Shown here piece by piece: positions 22,365-35,000 of a stretch of DNA of 35,000 nucleotides. Under the pieces are notes generated by a model. The model ran no database searches and was not told where the DNA came from. It worked only from the letters and a program-made list of their open reading frames with translations. The stretch's first letter is position 1. Each line of letters starts with the position of its first letter. Source of the stretch: Chiloscyllium plagiosum (lineage: Eukaryota); contig NW_025213664.1 of assembly GCF_004010195.1 (NCBI RefSeq), positions 1 through 35,000 on the forward strand, written 5' to 3'. Made by a program: the position numbers and the translations under genes.

Positions 22365-23572
22365 CACAGGTGAGATGCCAGAAGACTGGAGGTTGGCCAA
22401 CGTGGTGCCACTGTTAAAAAAGGTGGTAAGGACAAGCCAGGGAACGATAGACCGGTGAGCCTGATGTCAGTGGTGGGCAAGTTATTGGAGGGAATCCTGA
22501 GGGACAAGATCTACATGTATTTGGAAAGGTAAGGACTGATTAGGGATAGTCAACATGGCTTTGTGCGTGGGAAATCATGTCTCACAAACTTGATTGAGGT
22601 TTTTGAAGAAGTAACAAAGAAGATTGATGAGGGCAGAGCAGTAGATGTGATCTATATGGACTTCAGTAAGGCGTTCAACAAGATTCCCCATGGGAGACTG
22701 ATTAGCAAGGTTAGATCTCACGGAATACAGGGAGANNNNNNNNNNNNNNNNNNNNNNNNNNNNNNNNNNNNNNNNNNNNNNNNNNNNNNNNNNNNNNNNN
22801 NNNNNNNNNNNNNNNNNNNNNNNNNNNNNNNNNNNNNNNNNNNNNNNNNNNNNNNNNNNNNNNNNNNNNNNNNNNNNNNNNNNNNNNNNNNNNNNNNNNN
22901 NNNNNNNNNNNNNNNNNNNNNNNNNNNNNNNNNNNNNNNNNNNNNNNNNNNNNNNNNNNNNNNNNNNNNNNNNNNNNNNNNNNNNNNNNNNNNNNNNNNN
23001 NNNNNNNNNNNNNNNNNNNNNNNNNNNNNNNNNNNNNNNNNNNNNNNNNNNNNNNNNNNNNNNNNNNNNNNNNNNNNNNNNNNNNNNNNNNNNNNNNNNN
23101 NNNNNNNNNNNNNNNNNNNNNNNNNNNNNNNNNNNNNNNNNNNNNNNNNNNNNNNNNNNNNNNNNNNNNNNNNNNNNNNNNNNNNNNNNNNNNNNNNNNN
23201 NNNNNNNNNNNNNNNNNNNNNNNNNNNNNNNNNNNNNNNNNNNNNNNNNNNNNNNNNNNNNNNNNNNNNNNNNNNNNNNNNNNNNNNNNNNNNNNNNNNN
23301 NNNNNNNNNNNNNNNNNNNNNNNNNNNNNNNNNNNNNNNNNNNNNNNNNNNNNNTGGTACGTGTATGGAATGAGCTGCCAGAGGGTGTGGTGGAGGCTGG
23401 TACAATTACAGCATCTAAAAGACATCTAGATGGGTGTATGAATAGGAAGGGTTTGGAGGGATATGGGCCAAGTGCGTGTAAATGGGACTAGATTGGGTTG
23501 GGATATCTGGTCAGCATGGACGAGTTGGACCGAAGGGTATGTTTCCGTGCTGTCCATCTCTATGACTCTATG
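22365..23572 (+). mobile_element. young CR1 LINE spanning an assembly gap
   Basis: PEDWRLANVVPL and SCLTNLIEVFEEVTKKIDEGRAVDVIYMDFSKAFNKIPH precede the N run. The CR1 3' end follows it. Confidence 0.9.
22736..23354. other. assembly gap
   Basis: Run of N. Confidence 1.
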
Positions 23573-24175
23573 GTTACACCCACCAAGGAGGACTGGTGAC
23601 CACCAGGAAGAAGGGTGAATGTGTGCAGGAGTTCCTCTCAAACAGATAAACCATGTTGGATACTGTTGGGATGTGTGTGTGTGTGTGTGTGGCCTCCCAG
23701 GGGAAAGCAGCAGTCACATCAGTGGCCCCATGACTGGCTCAGCAGTACAGCAAGGAAGTGAGCAGTAGTGATAGGGGACTCTGTAGTCAGCAGCACAGGT
23801 AGGGGTTTGAGTGGCTGAACACCAGAGAGGGGTGATACCTTTCAGGTGCAAGGATCATGGATGTCTCTGGGTGGACACAGGATTTTCTAAAGGGTTGGGG
23901 GAAGCTAGAGATTGTGGTCCATCTTGGTACTAATGATGCAGGTCGGAAGAGAGATGAGGTCCTGCAAAGGGAGTTTCGGTGTTAGCTAGGAAATTGAAAA
24001 GCAGGACCTTCAGGGTTGTAATCCCTGTGCCACATTGCAGGGAGGCTCGGAATAAGAAGATAATACGGTTAACTATGTGACTCGGAAGCTGGTGTGGGAG
24101 GGAGGGCTTCGGGTATGTGGCTCATTGAGATGTCTTCCAGGGTGGAAGGACAGGTTCCATCTAAAATGGAGAGGC

Positions 24176-24341
24176 TCTGGATGAGTGGTGCTGGATGAGC
24201 ACAGCAATTCAGGCAGCATCCGAGGAGCTTTTGTCTGAAACGTCAATTTTACTGCTCCTCGGATGCTGCCTGAACTGCTGTGCTCTTCCAGCACCACTCA
24301 TCCAGAATCTGGTTTCCAGCATCTACAGTCATTGTTTTTAC
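24176..24341. mobile_element. Penelope-derived fold-back element with perfect 15-bp TSD, nested in CR1 ORF1
   Basis: Arms 24176-24228 and 24254-24306. CTAAAATGGAGAGGC occurs at 24161-24175 and 24342-24356. The loop keeps only the GAAACGTC half of the core. Confidence 0.85.
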
Positions 24342-24997
24342 CTAAAATGGAGAGGCACCAATACTTGGCCAGGGAGACCTGACAGTATCATTCAGCAGGG
24401 TTTAAACAAATGTGGAAGGGTTGGGGAGAAGTGAGGGAGGTGGGGAAACTGGAGCAGTAGATCGGCATGTGCAGTGTCGGAGGAAAAGAGAGGGACTCAA
24501 TCAAGTATGTCTAACAGGAAGAACAAGCAGGTCCAGGTTAATGAACAGGGTGGGACTGGCGGTCTGAAATGTATTTATTTTAATGTAAGGAGTATAACAG
24601 GTCAAGCAAATGAGCTTAGAGCCTGGATTAGTACATGGAACGATGGTGTTGTAGCTATTGCAGAAGCTTGGTTGAGAGTAGGACAGGACTGACTGCTCAA
24701 CGTTCCAGAGTTTAGACTTTTTAAGTGAGTTAGAACTGTAAAAGATTATGGAGAAAATATAAACCGAGTAAGGAGTAGGTCAGCACTGTAGTAATAGAGG
24801 ACATCTTGGAGAGCTGAGCCAGCTCAGGCACATGGCTGGAGCCGAGGACTGAAAGTAGTGCAATCACTATGATGGCAGGAAACTAAAGGCCTCCCAATAA
24901 CCCGCAGGAGACAGAGGGGCAGATATATAAGCAGACCGTGGAAAGATGTAAAAACAGCAGGGTTGTGGTACTGGGTGATTTTAACTTCCCCAACAAT

Positions 24998-25270
24998 TGG
25001 ATGGCTCAGTGGTTAGCACTGCTGTCTCGCAGTGCCAGGGACCCGGGTTTGATTCCAGCCTTGGATGGCTGTCTATGTGGGTTTCCTCCGGATGCTCCAG
25101 TTTCCTCCCACAGTCCAAAGATGTGCCGGTTAGGTGGATTGGCCATGCTAAGTTGTCCATAGTGTTAGGTGCATTAGTCAGAGGGAAATGGGTCTGGGTG
25201 GGTTACTCTTTGGAGGGTCGGTGTGGACTTGTTGGCCGAAGGGCCTCTTTCCACACTGTAGGGAACCTAA
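24998..25270 (+). mobile_element. HE1-like V-SINE nested in the CR1 endonuclease region
   Basis: TGGCTCAGTGGTTAGC (A box), GGGTTTGATTCC (B box), V-domain and tail. It interrupts GDFNFPN..W. Confidence 0.9.
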
Positions 25271-26149
25271 TGCCTGGGACTTCCTTAGTTCCAGGGGCTT
25301 AGATGAGGCAGAATTTGTTAGGTGCATCAAGGATGGTTTCTTGAAACAATATGGAGATAATCCAAATAGGGAAGGGGTATATTGGACCTTGTATTGGGAA
25401 ATGAAACTGGCCAGGTGATACAAGTTTCAGTGGAGAAGAAGTTTGGGTACAGTAATCAAAATTCCGTAAGTTTTAAGAAAGCTATGGATAGGGATAAGAC
25501 TAGTCCTCAGGCAAAAGTGCTAAATTGGGGGAAGGTTAACTACAACAGGATTAGAGGCAAACTGGAAGAATTAGACTGGGAGCAGCTGTTTGAAGAGAAA
25601 TCCATGTCTGACATATTGCAGCCCTTTAAAGGCCAGTTGAGTAGAGTTCGGGACCAGTATGTTGCTGTGAGGATGAAAGGTAAGTATGGAAAGATTCAGG
25701 AACCTTGGATTTTGTAAGTTTGAAAGGGATATGTAAGGTTTAAGAAACAGAAATCAAAAAAGGAATAGAAAGGAAGCAGTGAGGATATTTTTTAGAAAAT
25801 TGGGAAGGCTAGAAGAAGCCATGAAATGTCCTTGGCAAGTAGGATTAAGGTGAATCTTAAGACATTTTAAACATGTATCAGGAGCAAAAGGGTGGTGAGG
25901 GAAAAGTCCACTCAAGGACAAAGGAAGGATTTCTGCGTGGAGCTACAGGAAGTGGGTGAGGTCCTTACTGAGGACTTCACAGGAGAAGGACATGTATGAT
26001 GATGAGATTAGAGAGAAGTTTGCAGATACTTTAGAGCATGGCAATATTAAGAAGGAGGAGGTCTTTTGGGTGTTTCACGAAAAATATTAAGGTAGGCAAG
26101 TCCTCAGGGCCTGAGGGAATCTATCTCAAGATACTGTAGTTCTTAATTG

Positions 26150-26197
26150 TGGGGGGGGGGGGAGGGAGGAGGGGAGGGAGAGGGGGAGGGGGAGGTG
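26150..26197 (+). repeat. G-rich low-complexity tract
   Basis: Poly-G and GGA/GGGA runs inside the CR1. Confidence 0.85.
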
Positions 26198-27162
26198 GAG
26201 ATTGTTAAAGATCTTTAGCCTCTGGCAAGGTGCAGAAGACTGGAGAACAGTCAGTGTTGTTCCTGTGTTTAAGAAGGGTAACAGGGATAACCCAGAAAAT
26301 TATAGGCCAGTGATCTTATATTGTTAATGGGGAAATTATTGGAGAAGATTCTTACGGACAGGATTATTCACTTTTGAAACAGAATGTATTTATTAGGGAT
26401 AGTCAACATGGCTTTGTGCAGGGGTGGTCTTGTCTCACAAACCTGATTGAGTTTTCTGAGGAAATGAGAAGGAGATTGATGAGGTTAGGGCAGTGGATAC
26501 TGTCCACATGGACTTTACTAAAGCATTTGAGAAGCTCCCTCATGGTAGGCTGGTCCAGCAGATTAAGGCACATGGGGTCCACGCTGAGTTGGCAACTTGG
26601 CTTGGTCAGAGAAGACCGAAGGCAGTTGTAGAGGGGTGTTTTTCTGACTGGAGTTCTGTGACCAGTGGTGTACCTCAAGGATCTTTGCTGGCACCTCTGT
26701 TGTTTGTAAAACATACAAATGATCTGGATGAAAATCTAGGTGGTCTGATTAGAAAGTTTGCAGGCAACACGAAGATTGGTAGATCTGTGGATAGTCAGGA
26801 AGGTTGTCAAAGGAAACAGCAGGATATAGATCTTTGGAAAGTTGGACGGAGAAATGGCAAATGGAGTTTAATCTGGACAAGTTGAGGTGATGCATTTTGG
26901 GAGGTCAAGTGCAGGGGGAAAGTACACAGTAAATGGAAGGACCCTTAGAAGCATTGATATACACGGGGAATTGTTCATAGCTCCCTGAAAGTAACAACAC
27001 AAGTGGGTAAGGTGGGAATGAAGATGTACAACATGCTTGCCTTCATCAGTCAGAGCACTGAGTATAAAAGTTGGCAAATCATGTTGTAGCAGCATAAAAT
27101 TTTAGTTAGGCCACAGTTAGAGTATTGTGTATAATTCTGGTCACCACACTACAGGAAGGATT

Positions 27163-27485
27163 TGGAAAAGCACAGCAAGCCAGGCAGCATCCAAGGATCA
27201 GAGTCGATGTTTCGGGCATAAGCCTTTCATTAGGAATGAGGCTTGTGGGCTGGGGGAGCTAAGACATACAAGAGTAGGGGGTAGGGCTTGGGGGGGGGGG
27301 AGTTGTTGGGGAGGGTGAGGTCGCATTCTCAGCTATCTTCCCCACATCCCTACCCCACTCCCACTTACCCCTCAGCCCCCTCCGGCCCACAAGCCTCATT
27401 CCTGATGAAGGGCTTTTGACCGAAACATTGACTCACCTGCTCTTCGGATGCTGCCTGACCAGCAGTGTTCTTCCAGCATCACACT
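27163..27485. mobile_element. Penelope-derived fold-back element with longer arms and decayed hammerhead cores
   Basis: Inverted arms (..GGAATGAGGCTTGTGGGC.. / ..GCCCACAAGCCTCATTCC..). Plus-strand CTGATGA-A-GGGC-TTTT-GACC-GAAAC-ATT starts at 27402. Confidence 0.75.
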
Positions 27486-27825
27486 CCCCTTGTCATAAAT
27501 CTAACATTCTGTCAGCAGTCCCAATTCATTGCAGTACCTGCGTGCTAACCTTCTGTGACTCATGCAGTAGGACACTTGGATCCCTCTGCATCACCGTGGT
27601 TCAGAATTGCCGAGGGTCACAAAACTCTTGAGTGGAAAAGATCAGTTCTCCTCAGCACAGACTAAAGCAGCACTCCCATTCTTTTTCATGTGGGTCTCCC
27701 ATGCCAGGGGCAACACTTCACCGGCATCTATACTCAATGAGAAAACAGCCCAAACTTCAAAAGTGCAGTAAGCACACGTTCAGTTTACCCAGCCTCTGGG
27801 AGTTTCTGATGGGACAGTGCAGACA

Positions 27826-30800
27826 AAGAGTGCTGCTGTACCATTCTCCCCATCAGGTAACATTGACTGTGAATCACTGTGTGTGAGTGCTGCTGTACCA
27901 TTCCCGCTCAGGTGACATTGACAGCGAATCACTGTGTGTGAGTGCTGCTGTACCATTCCCCCACAGGTAACATTGACTGTGAATCACTGTGTGTGAGTGC
28001 TGTTGGAACATTCTCCCTCAGATAATATTGACTGTGAATCGCTGTCTGTGAGTGATGCTGTACCATTCTCCCCATCAGGTAAAATTGACTGTGAATTGCA
28101 GTGTGTGAGTGCTGCTGTACCATTCTCTCCATCAGGTAACATTGACTGTGAATCACTGTGTGTGAGTGCTGCTGTACCATTCTCTCCATCAGGTAACATT
28201 GACTGTGAATCACTGTGTGTGAGTGCTGCTGTACCATTCTCTCCATCAGGTAACATTGACTGTGAATCACTGTGTGTGAGTGCGGCTGTACCATTCTCAA
28301 TCACTGTGTGTGAGTGCTGCTGTACCACTCTCCCCGTCTGGTAACATTGACTGTGAATCACTGTGTGTGAGTGCTGCTGTACCACTCTCCCCGTCTGGTA
28401 ACATTGACTGTGAATCACTGTGTGTGAGTGCTGCTGTACCACTCTCCCCGTCTGGTAACATTGACTGTGAATCACTGTGTGTGAGTGCTGCTGTACCACT
28501 CTCCCCGTCTGGTAACATTGACTGTGAATCACTGTGTGTGAGTGCTGCTGTACCACTCTCCCCGTCTGGTAACATTGACTGTGAATCACTGTGTGTGAGT
28601 GCTGCTGTACCACTCTCCCCGTCTGGTAACATTGACTGTGAATCACTGTGTGTGAGTGCTGCTGTACCACTCTCCCCGTCTGGTAACATTGACTGTGAAT
28701 CACTGTGTGTGAGTGCTGCTGTACCACTCTCCCCGTCTGGTAACATTGACTGTGAATCACTGTGTGTGAGTGCTGCTGTACCACTCTCCCCGTCTGGTAA
28801 CATTGACTGTGAATCACTGTGTGTGAGTGCTGCTGTACCACTCTCCCCGTCTGGTAACATTGACTGTGAATCACTGTGTGTGAGTGCTGCTGTACCACTC
28901 TCCCCGTCTGGTAACATTGACTGTGAATCACTGTGTGTGAGTGCTGCTGTACCACTCTCCCCGTCTGGTAACATTGACTGTGAATCACTGTGTGTGAGTG
29001 CTGCTGTACCACTCTCCCCGTCTGGTAACATTGACTGTGAATCACTGTGTGTGAGTGCTGCTGTACCACTCTCCCCGTCTGGTAACATTGACTGTGAATC
29101 ACTGTGTGTGAGTGCTGCTGTACCACTCTCCCCGTCTGGTAACATTGACTGTGAATCACTGTGTGTGAGTGCTGCTGTACCACTCTCCCCGTCTGGTAAC
29201 ATTGACTGTGAATCACTGTGTGTGAGTGCTGCTGTACCACTCTCCCCGTCTGGTAACATTGACTGTGAATCACTGTGTGTGAGTGCTGCTGTACCACTCT
29301 CCCCGTCTGGTAACATTGACTGTGAATCACTGTGTGTGAGTGCTGCTGTACCACTCTCCCCGTCTGGTAACATTGACTGTGAATCACTGTGTGTGAGTGC
29401 TGCTGTACCACTCTCCCCGTCTGGTAACATTGACTGTGAATCACTGTGTGTGAGTGCTGCTGTACCACTCTCCCCGTCTGGTAACATTGACTGTGAATCA
29501 CTGTGTGTGAGTGCTGCTGTACCACTCTCCCCGTCTGGTAACATTGACTGTGAATCACTGTGTGTGAGTGCTGCTGTACCACTCTCCCCGTCTGGTAACA
29601 TTGACTGTGAATCACTGTGTGTGAGTGCTGCTGTACCACTCTCCCCGTCTGGTAACATTGACTGTGAATCACTGTGTGTGAGTGCTGCTGTACCACTCTC
29701 CCCGTCTGGTAACATTGACTGTGAATCACTGTGTGTGAGTGCTGCTGTACCACTCTCCCCGTCTGGTAACATTGACTGTGAATCACTGTGTGTGAGTGCT
29801 GCTGTACCACTCTCCCCGTCTGGTAACATTGACTGTGAATCACTGTGTGTGAGTGCTGCTGTACCACTCTCCCCGTCTGGTAACATTGACTGTGAATCAC
29901 TGTGTGTGAGTGCTGCTGTACCACTCTCCCCGTCTGGTAACATTGACTGTGAATCACTGTGTGTGAGTGCTGCTGTACCACTCTCCCCGTCTGGTAACAT
30001 TGACTGTGAATCACTGTGTGTGAGTGCTGCTGTACCACTCTCCCCGTCTGGTAACATTGACTGTGAATCACTGTGTGTGAGTGCTGCTGTACCACTCTCC
30101 CCGTCTGGTAACATTGACTGTGAATCACTGTGTGTGAGTGCTGCTGTACCACTCTCCCCGTCTGGTAACATTGACTGTGAATCACTGTGTGTGAGTGCTG
30201 CTGTACCACTCTCCCCGTCTGGTAACATTGACTGTGAATCACTGTGTGACTGCTGCTGTACCATTCATCCCGTCAGGTAACATTGACTGTGAATCACTGT
30301 GTGTGAGTGCTGCTGTACCATTCTCCCTCAAGTAACATTGATTGTGAATCACTGTGTGTGAGTGCTGCTGTACCATTCTCCTCACCAGGTAACATTGACA
30401 GTGAATCACTGTGTGTGAGTACTGCTGTACCATTCTCCCTCAAGTAACATTGACTGTGAATCACTGTGTGTGAGTGCTGCTGTACCATTCTCCCCACCAG
30501 GTAACATTGACAGTGAATCACTGTGTGTGAGTGCTGCTGTACCATTCTCTCCTTCAGGTAACATTGAATGTGAATCATTGTGTGTGAGTGCTGTTGTACC
30601 ATTCTCCCTCAGGAAACATTGACTGTGAATCACTGTGTGTGAGTGCTTGCTGTACCAAACTCCCCATCAGGTAACATTGACTGTGAATCACTGTGTGTGA
30701 GTGCTGCTGTACCACTCTCCCCATCTGGTAACATTGACTGTGAATCACTGTGTGTGAGTGCTGCTGTACCATTCTCCCCATCAGGTAACATTGACTGTGA

Positions 30801-33631
30801 ATCACTGTGTGTGAGTGCTGCTGTACCATTCTCCCCACCAGGTAACTTTGACTGTGAATCACTGTGTGTGAGTGCTGCTGTACCATTCTCCCCATCAGGT
30901 AACATTGACTGTTCATCACTGTGTGTGAGTGCTGCTGTACCATTCTCTACCTCAGGAAACATTGACTGTGAATCACTTTGTGTGAGTTCAGCTGTACCAT
31001 TCTCTCCATCAGGTAACATTGACTGTGAATCACTGTGTGAGTGCTGCTGTACCATTCTCTACCTCAGGTAACATTGACTGTTAATCACTGTGTGTGAGTG
31101 CTGCTGTACCATTCTCCCCATCAGGTAACATTGACTGTGAATCACTGTGTGTGAGTGCTGCTGTACCATTCTCCCCATCAGGTAACATTGACTGTGAATC
31201 AGTGTGCGTGAGTGCTGCTGTACCATTCTCCCCACCAGGTAACATTGACTGTGAATCACTGTGTGTGAGTGCTGCTGTACCATTCTCCCCATCAGGTAAC
31301 ATTGACTGTGATTCACTGTGTGTGAGTGCTGCTGTACCATTCTCCCTCAGGTAACAATGGCTGTGAATTGCAGTTTGTGAGTGCTGCTGTACCATTCTCC
31401 CATCAGGTAACATTGAATGTGAATCTCTGTGTGTGAGAGCTGCTTTCCCATTCTCTCCCTCAGGTAACATTGACTGTGAATCACTGGGTGTGAGTACTGC
31501 TGTACCATTCGCCCCATCAGGTAACATTGACTGTGAATCACTGTGTGTGAGTGCTGCTGTGCCATTCTCCCTCTGGTGACATTGACTGTGAATCACTGTG
31601 TGTGAGTGCTGCTGTACCATTCTCCCTCACGTGACATTGACAGGGAATCACTGTGTGTCAGTGCTGCTGTACCATTCACCCCGTCAGGTAACATTGACTG
31701 TGAATCAGTGTGTGTGAGTGCAGCTGTACCATTCTCCATCAGGTGACATTGACAGGGAATCACTGTGTGTGAGTGCTGCTGAACCATTCTCCCTCAGGTG
31801 ACATTGACAGTAAATCACTGTGTGTGAGTGCTGCTGTACCATTCTCCGCGTCTGGTAACATTGACTGTGAATCACTGTCTGTGAGTGCTGCTGTACCATT
31901 CTCCCCATCAGGTAAAATTGACTGTGAATTGCAGTGCGTGAGTGCTGCTGTACCATTCTCCCCATCAGTTAACATTGACTGTGAATCACTGTGTGTGAGT
32001 GCTGCTGTACCATTCTCCCTCAGGTAACATTGACTGTGAATCACTGTGTGTGAGTGCTGCTGTACCATTCTCCCTCAGGTGACATTGACAGTGAATCACT
32101 GTGTGTGAGTGCTCCTGTACCATTCTCCCTCAGGTAACATTGACTGTGAATCACTGTGTGTGAGTGCTGCTGAACAATTCTCCCCATCATATAACATTGA
32201 CTGTGAATCTCTGTGTGTGAGTGCTGCTGTACCATTCTCCCCATCAGGTAACATTGACTGTGAATCTCTGTGTGTGAGTGCTGCTGTACCATTCTCCCAT
32301 CAGGTAACATTGAATTTGAATCACTGTGTGTGAGAGCTGCTGTCCCGTTCTCTCCATCAGGTAACATTGACTGTGAATCACTGTGTGAGTGCTGCTGTAC
32401 CATTCTCCCATCAGGTAACATTGAATTTGAATCACTGTGTGTGAGAGCTGCTGTCCCGTTCTCTCCATCAGGTAACATTGACTGTGAATCACTGTGTGAG
32501 TGCTGCTGTACCATTCTCCCATCAGGTAACATTGAATTTGAATCACTGTGTGTGAGAGCTGCTGTCCCGTTCTCTCCATCAGGTAACATTGACTGTGAAT
32601 CACTGTGTGAGTGCTGCTGTACCATTCTCCCATCAGGTAACATTGAATTTGAATCACTGTGTGTGAGAGCTGCTGTCCCGTTCTCTCCATCAGGTAACAT
32701 TGACTGTGAATCACTGTGTGAGTGCTGCTGTACCATTCTCCCATCAGGTAACATTGAATTTGAATCACTGTGTGTGAGAGCTGCTGTCCCGTTCTCTCCA
32801 TCAGGTAACATTGACTGTGAATCACTGTGTGAGTGCTGCTGTACCATTCTCCCATCAGGTAACATTGAATTTGAATCACTGTGTGTGAGAGCTGCTGTCC
32901 CGTTCTCTCCATCAGGTAACATTGACTGTGAATCACTGTGTGAGTGCTGCTGTACCATTCTCCCATCAGGTAACATTGAATTTGAATCACTGTGTGTGAG
33001 AGCTGCTGTCCCGTTCTCTCCATCAGGTAACATTGACTGTGAATCACTGTGTGAGTGCTGCTGTACCATTCTCCCATCAGGTAACATTGAATTTGAATCA
33101 CTGTGTGTGAGAGCTGCTGTCCCGTTCTCTCCATCAGGTAACATTGACTGTGAATCACTGTGTGAGTGCTGCTGTACCATTCTCCCATCAGGTAACATTG
33201 AATTTGAATCACTGTGTGTGAGAGCTGCTGTCCCGTTCTCTCCATCAGGTAACATTGACTGTGAATCACTGTGTGAGTGCTGCTGTACCATTCTCCCATC
33301 AGGTAACATTGAATTTGAATCACTGTGTGTGAGAGCTGCTGTCCCGTTCTCTCCATCAGGTAACATTGACTGTGAATCACTGTGTGAGTGCTGCTGTACC
33401 ATTCTCCCATCAGGTAACATTGAATTTGAATCACTGTGTGTGAGAGCTGCTGTCCCGTTCTCTCCATCAGGTAACATTGACTGTGAATCACTGTGTGAGT
33501 GCTGCTGTACCATTCTCCCATCAGGTAACATTGAATTTGAATCACTGTGTGTGAGAGCTGCTGTCCCGTTCTCTCCATCAGGTAACATTGACTGTGAATC
33601 ACTGTGTGAGTGCTGCTGTACCATTCTCCCC
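27826..33631. repeat. 57-bp satellite/minisatellite array, about 100 units, running into a gap
   Basis: Unit GAATCACTGTGTGTGAGTGCTGCTGTACCACTCTCCCCGTCTGGTAACATTGACTGT. Apparently identical block about 28298-30247, diverged units about 30250-32280, and a 111-bp dimer block about 32280-33631. Confidence 0.97.
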
Positions 33632-34303
33632 NNNNNNNNNNNNNNNNNNNNNNNNNNNNNNNNNNNNNNNNNNNNNNNNNNNNNNNNNNNNNNNNNNNNN
33701 NNNNNNNNNNNNNNNNNNNNNNNNNNNNNNNNNNNNNNNNNNNNNNNNNNNNNNNNNNNNNNNNNNNNNNNNNNNNNNNNNNNNNNNNNNNNNNNNNNNN
33801 NNNNNNNNNNNNNNNNNNNNNNNNNNNNNNNNNNNNNNNNNNNNNNNNNNNNNNNNNNNNNNNNNNNNNNNNNNNNNNNNNNNNNNNNNNNNNNNNNNNN
33901 NNNNNNNNNNNNNNNNNNNNNNNNNNNNNNNNNNNNNNNNNNNNNNNNNNNNNNNNNNNNNNNNNNNNNNNNNNNNNNNNNNNNNNNNNNNNNNNNNNNN
34001 NNNNNNNNNNNNNNNNNNNNNNNNNNNNNNNNNNNNNNNNNNNNNNNNNNNNNNNNNNNNNNNNNNNNNNNNNNNNNNNNNNNNNNNNNNNNNNNNNNNN
34101 NNNNNNNNNNNNNNNNNNNNNNNNNNNNNNNNNNNNNNNNNNNNNNNNNNNNNNNNNNNNNNNNNNNNNNNNNNNNNNNNNNNNNNNNNNNNNNNNNNNN
34201 NNNNNNNNNNNNNNNNNNNNNNNNNNNNNNNNNNNNNNNNNNNNNNNNNNNNNNNNNNNNNNNNNNNNNNNNNNNNNNNNNNNNNNNNNNNNNNNNNNNN
34301 NNN
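33632..34303. other. assembly gap
   Basis: Run of N. Confidence 1.
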
Positions 34304-34387
34304 CTCTCTCTCTCTCTCACTCTGTCTCTCACACTCTGTGTCTCTCTGTCTCTCTCTGTGTCTCTCTCTCTCTCTCTCTCACTCACA
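34304..34387. repeat. (CT)n microsatellite
   Basis: Directly visible. Confidence 0.95.
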
Positions 34388-34749
34388 TATCATGAGAGAC
34401 CACCGTATTTCGACTTTGTGACACCTGGCTTTAGATTTCTCCTGTAAGGAGAAATATCCTTCAGAATCTTAGGTTCCATTAAGATCACTTCCTGTTCTTC
34501 CAAGCTCCATTGTGTGTAGGCCCAACCCATTCAACATTTGTTCAAGATAACCTTTCTCTCCCAGGAATCAGCCGAATAAACCTTTTTTCTGAGCTGCTGC
34601 CATAACACGTCTATCCTCCTTTTTAAAATGAAGAGGCTATAACTGTGTACCGTGCTGCAGGCACAGTCTCAACTTTTCCCTTATAGACACGAGAACATTA
34701 AGCAATGCTGGGTGGGGTATGGTGAAGGGAATTGTTGAAATCCTGTCTT

Positions 34750-34937
34750 AGAATCATAGAGATGTACAGCATGGAAACAGACCCTTCGGTCCAACCCGTC
34801 CATGCCGACCAGATATCCAAACCTAATCTAGTCCCACCTGCCAGCACCCGGCCCATATCCTTCTAAACCCTTCCTATTCATATACCCATCCAGATGTCTT
34901 TTAAATGCTGTAATTGTACCTGCCTCCACCACTTCCT
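34750..34937 (-). mobile_element. CR1 3' end
   Basis: Reverse complement of the 12720-12907 region. Confidence 0.92.
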
Positions 34938-35000
34938 TATTATTGTTTATAAAGTGTGTAGTTTTGTGGATAAATACTGCACCGTGGTCTCTGGGTGTAG

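Larger units (their letters stand above)
23575..27165 (+). mobile_element. long degraded CR1 LINE: ORF1 esterase-like region plus ORF2 APE and RT
   Basis: ORF1 motifs AVVIGDS (about 23762) and IVVHLGTND (about 23911). ORF2 motifs LKCIYFNVRSI, VVVLGDFNFP, LDLVLGNE, SQHGFVQGWSCLTNLIEF and SGVPQGSLLAPLLF. Many stops and nested insertions. Confidence 0.9.

Noticed and set aside
22563..23429. Long ORFs across the N run
   Set aside because: Artefact of translating the gap.
26150..26197. Functional G-quadruplex
   Set aside because: G4-capable, but it is a low-complexity expansion inside a dead LINE with no evidence of function.
27929..33631. Long repetitive ORFs of 450-780 aa on both strands
   Set aside because: They follow from 57- and 111-bp periods lacking stops in some frames. 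Frames shift in the diverged units, and there is no unique coding flank.
27826..33631. RAG recombination signal array (CACAGTG heptamer on the minus strand of most units)
   Set aside because: There is no ACAAAAACC-like nonamer at 12- or 23-bp spacing and no V, D or J segments nearby. These are at most cryptic heptamers.

Overview
Repeat-dense vertebrate genomic DNA with two assembly gaps (N runs at 22736-23354 and 33632-34303). The repeat families point to a shark or ray: many CR1-clade LINE fragments of different ages, HE1-type V-SINEs, a DeuSINE-like element and Penelope-like element (PLE) derivatives. The only host coding signal I can support is a minus-strand tetraspanin (TSPAN4-like) N-terminal exon at 4343-4624. 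It has GTG at the usual start position and is cut off by a CR1 copy. Most other long ORFs are artefacts of microsatellites, minisatellites or N gaps. The most notable system is a set of short fold-back PLE-derived elements. Three have clear 13-15 bp target-site duplications (TSDs), and several carry minimal hammerhead-ribozyme cores (CUGANGA-A-stem II-GAAAC-GUC or GAAAG-CUA). One such core is present as two identical copies 304 bp apart, which resembles a retrozyme arrangement. Other points of interest are a 41-bp minisatellite carrying co-oriented CTCF-like motifs upstream of the tetraspanin exon, a 30-bp locally templated insertion, and a 57-bp satellite that develops a 111-bp higher-order repeat. 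Family names come from recalled knowledge, not database searches, and boundaries of degraded elements are approximate.
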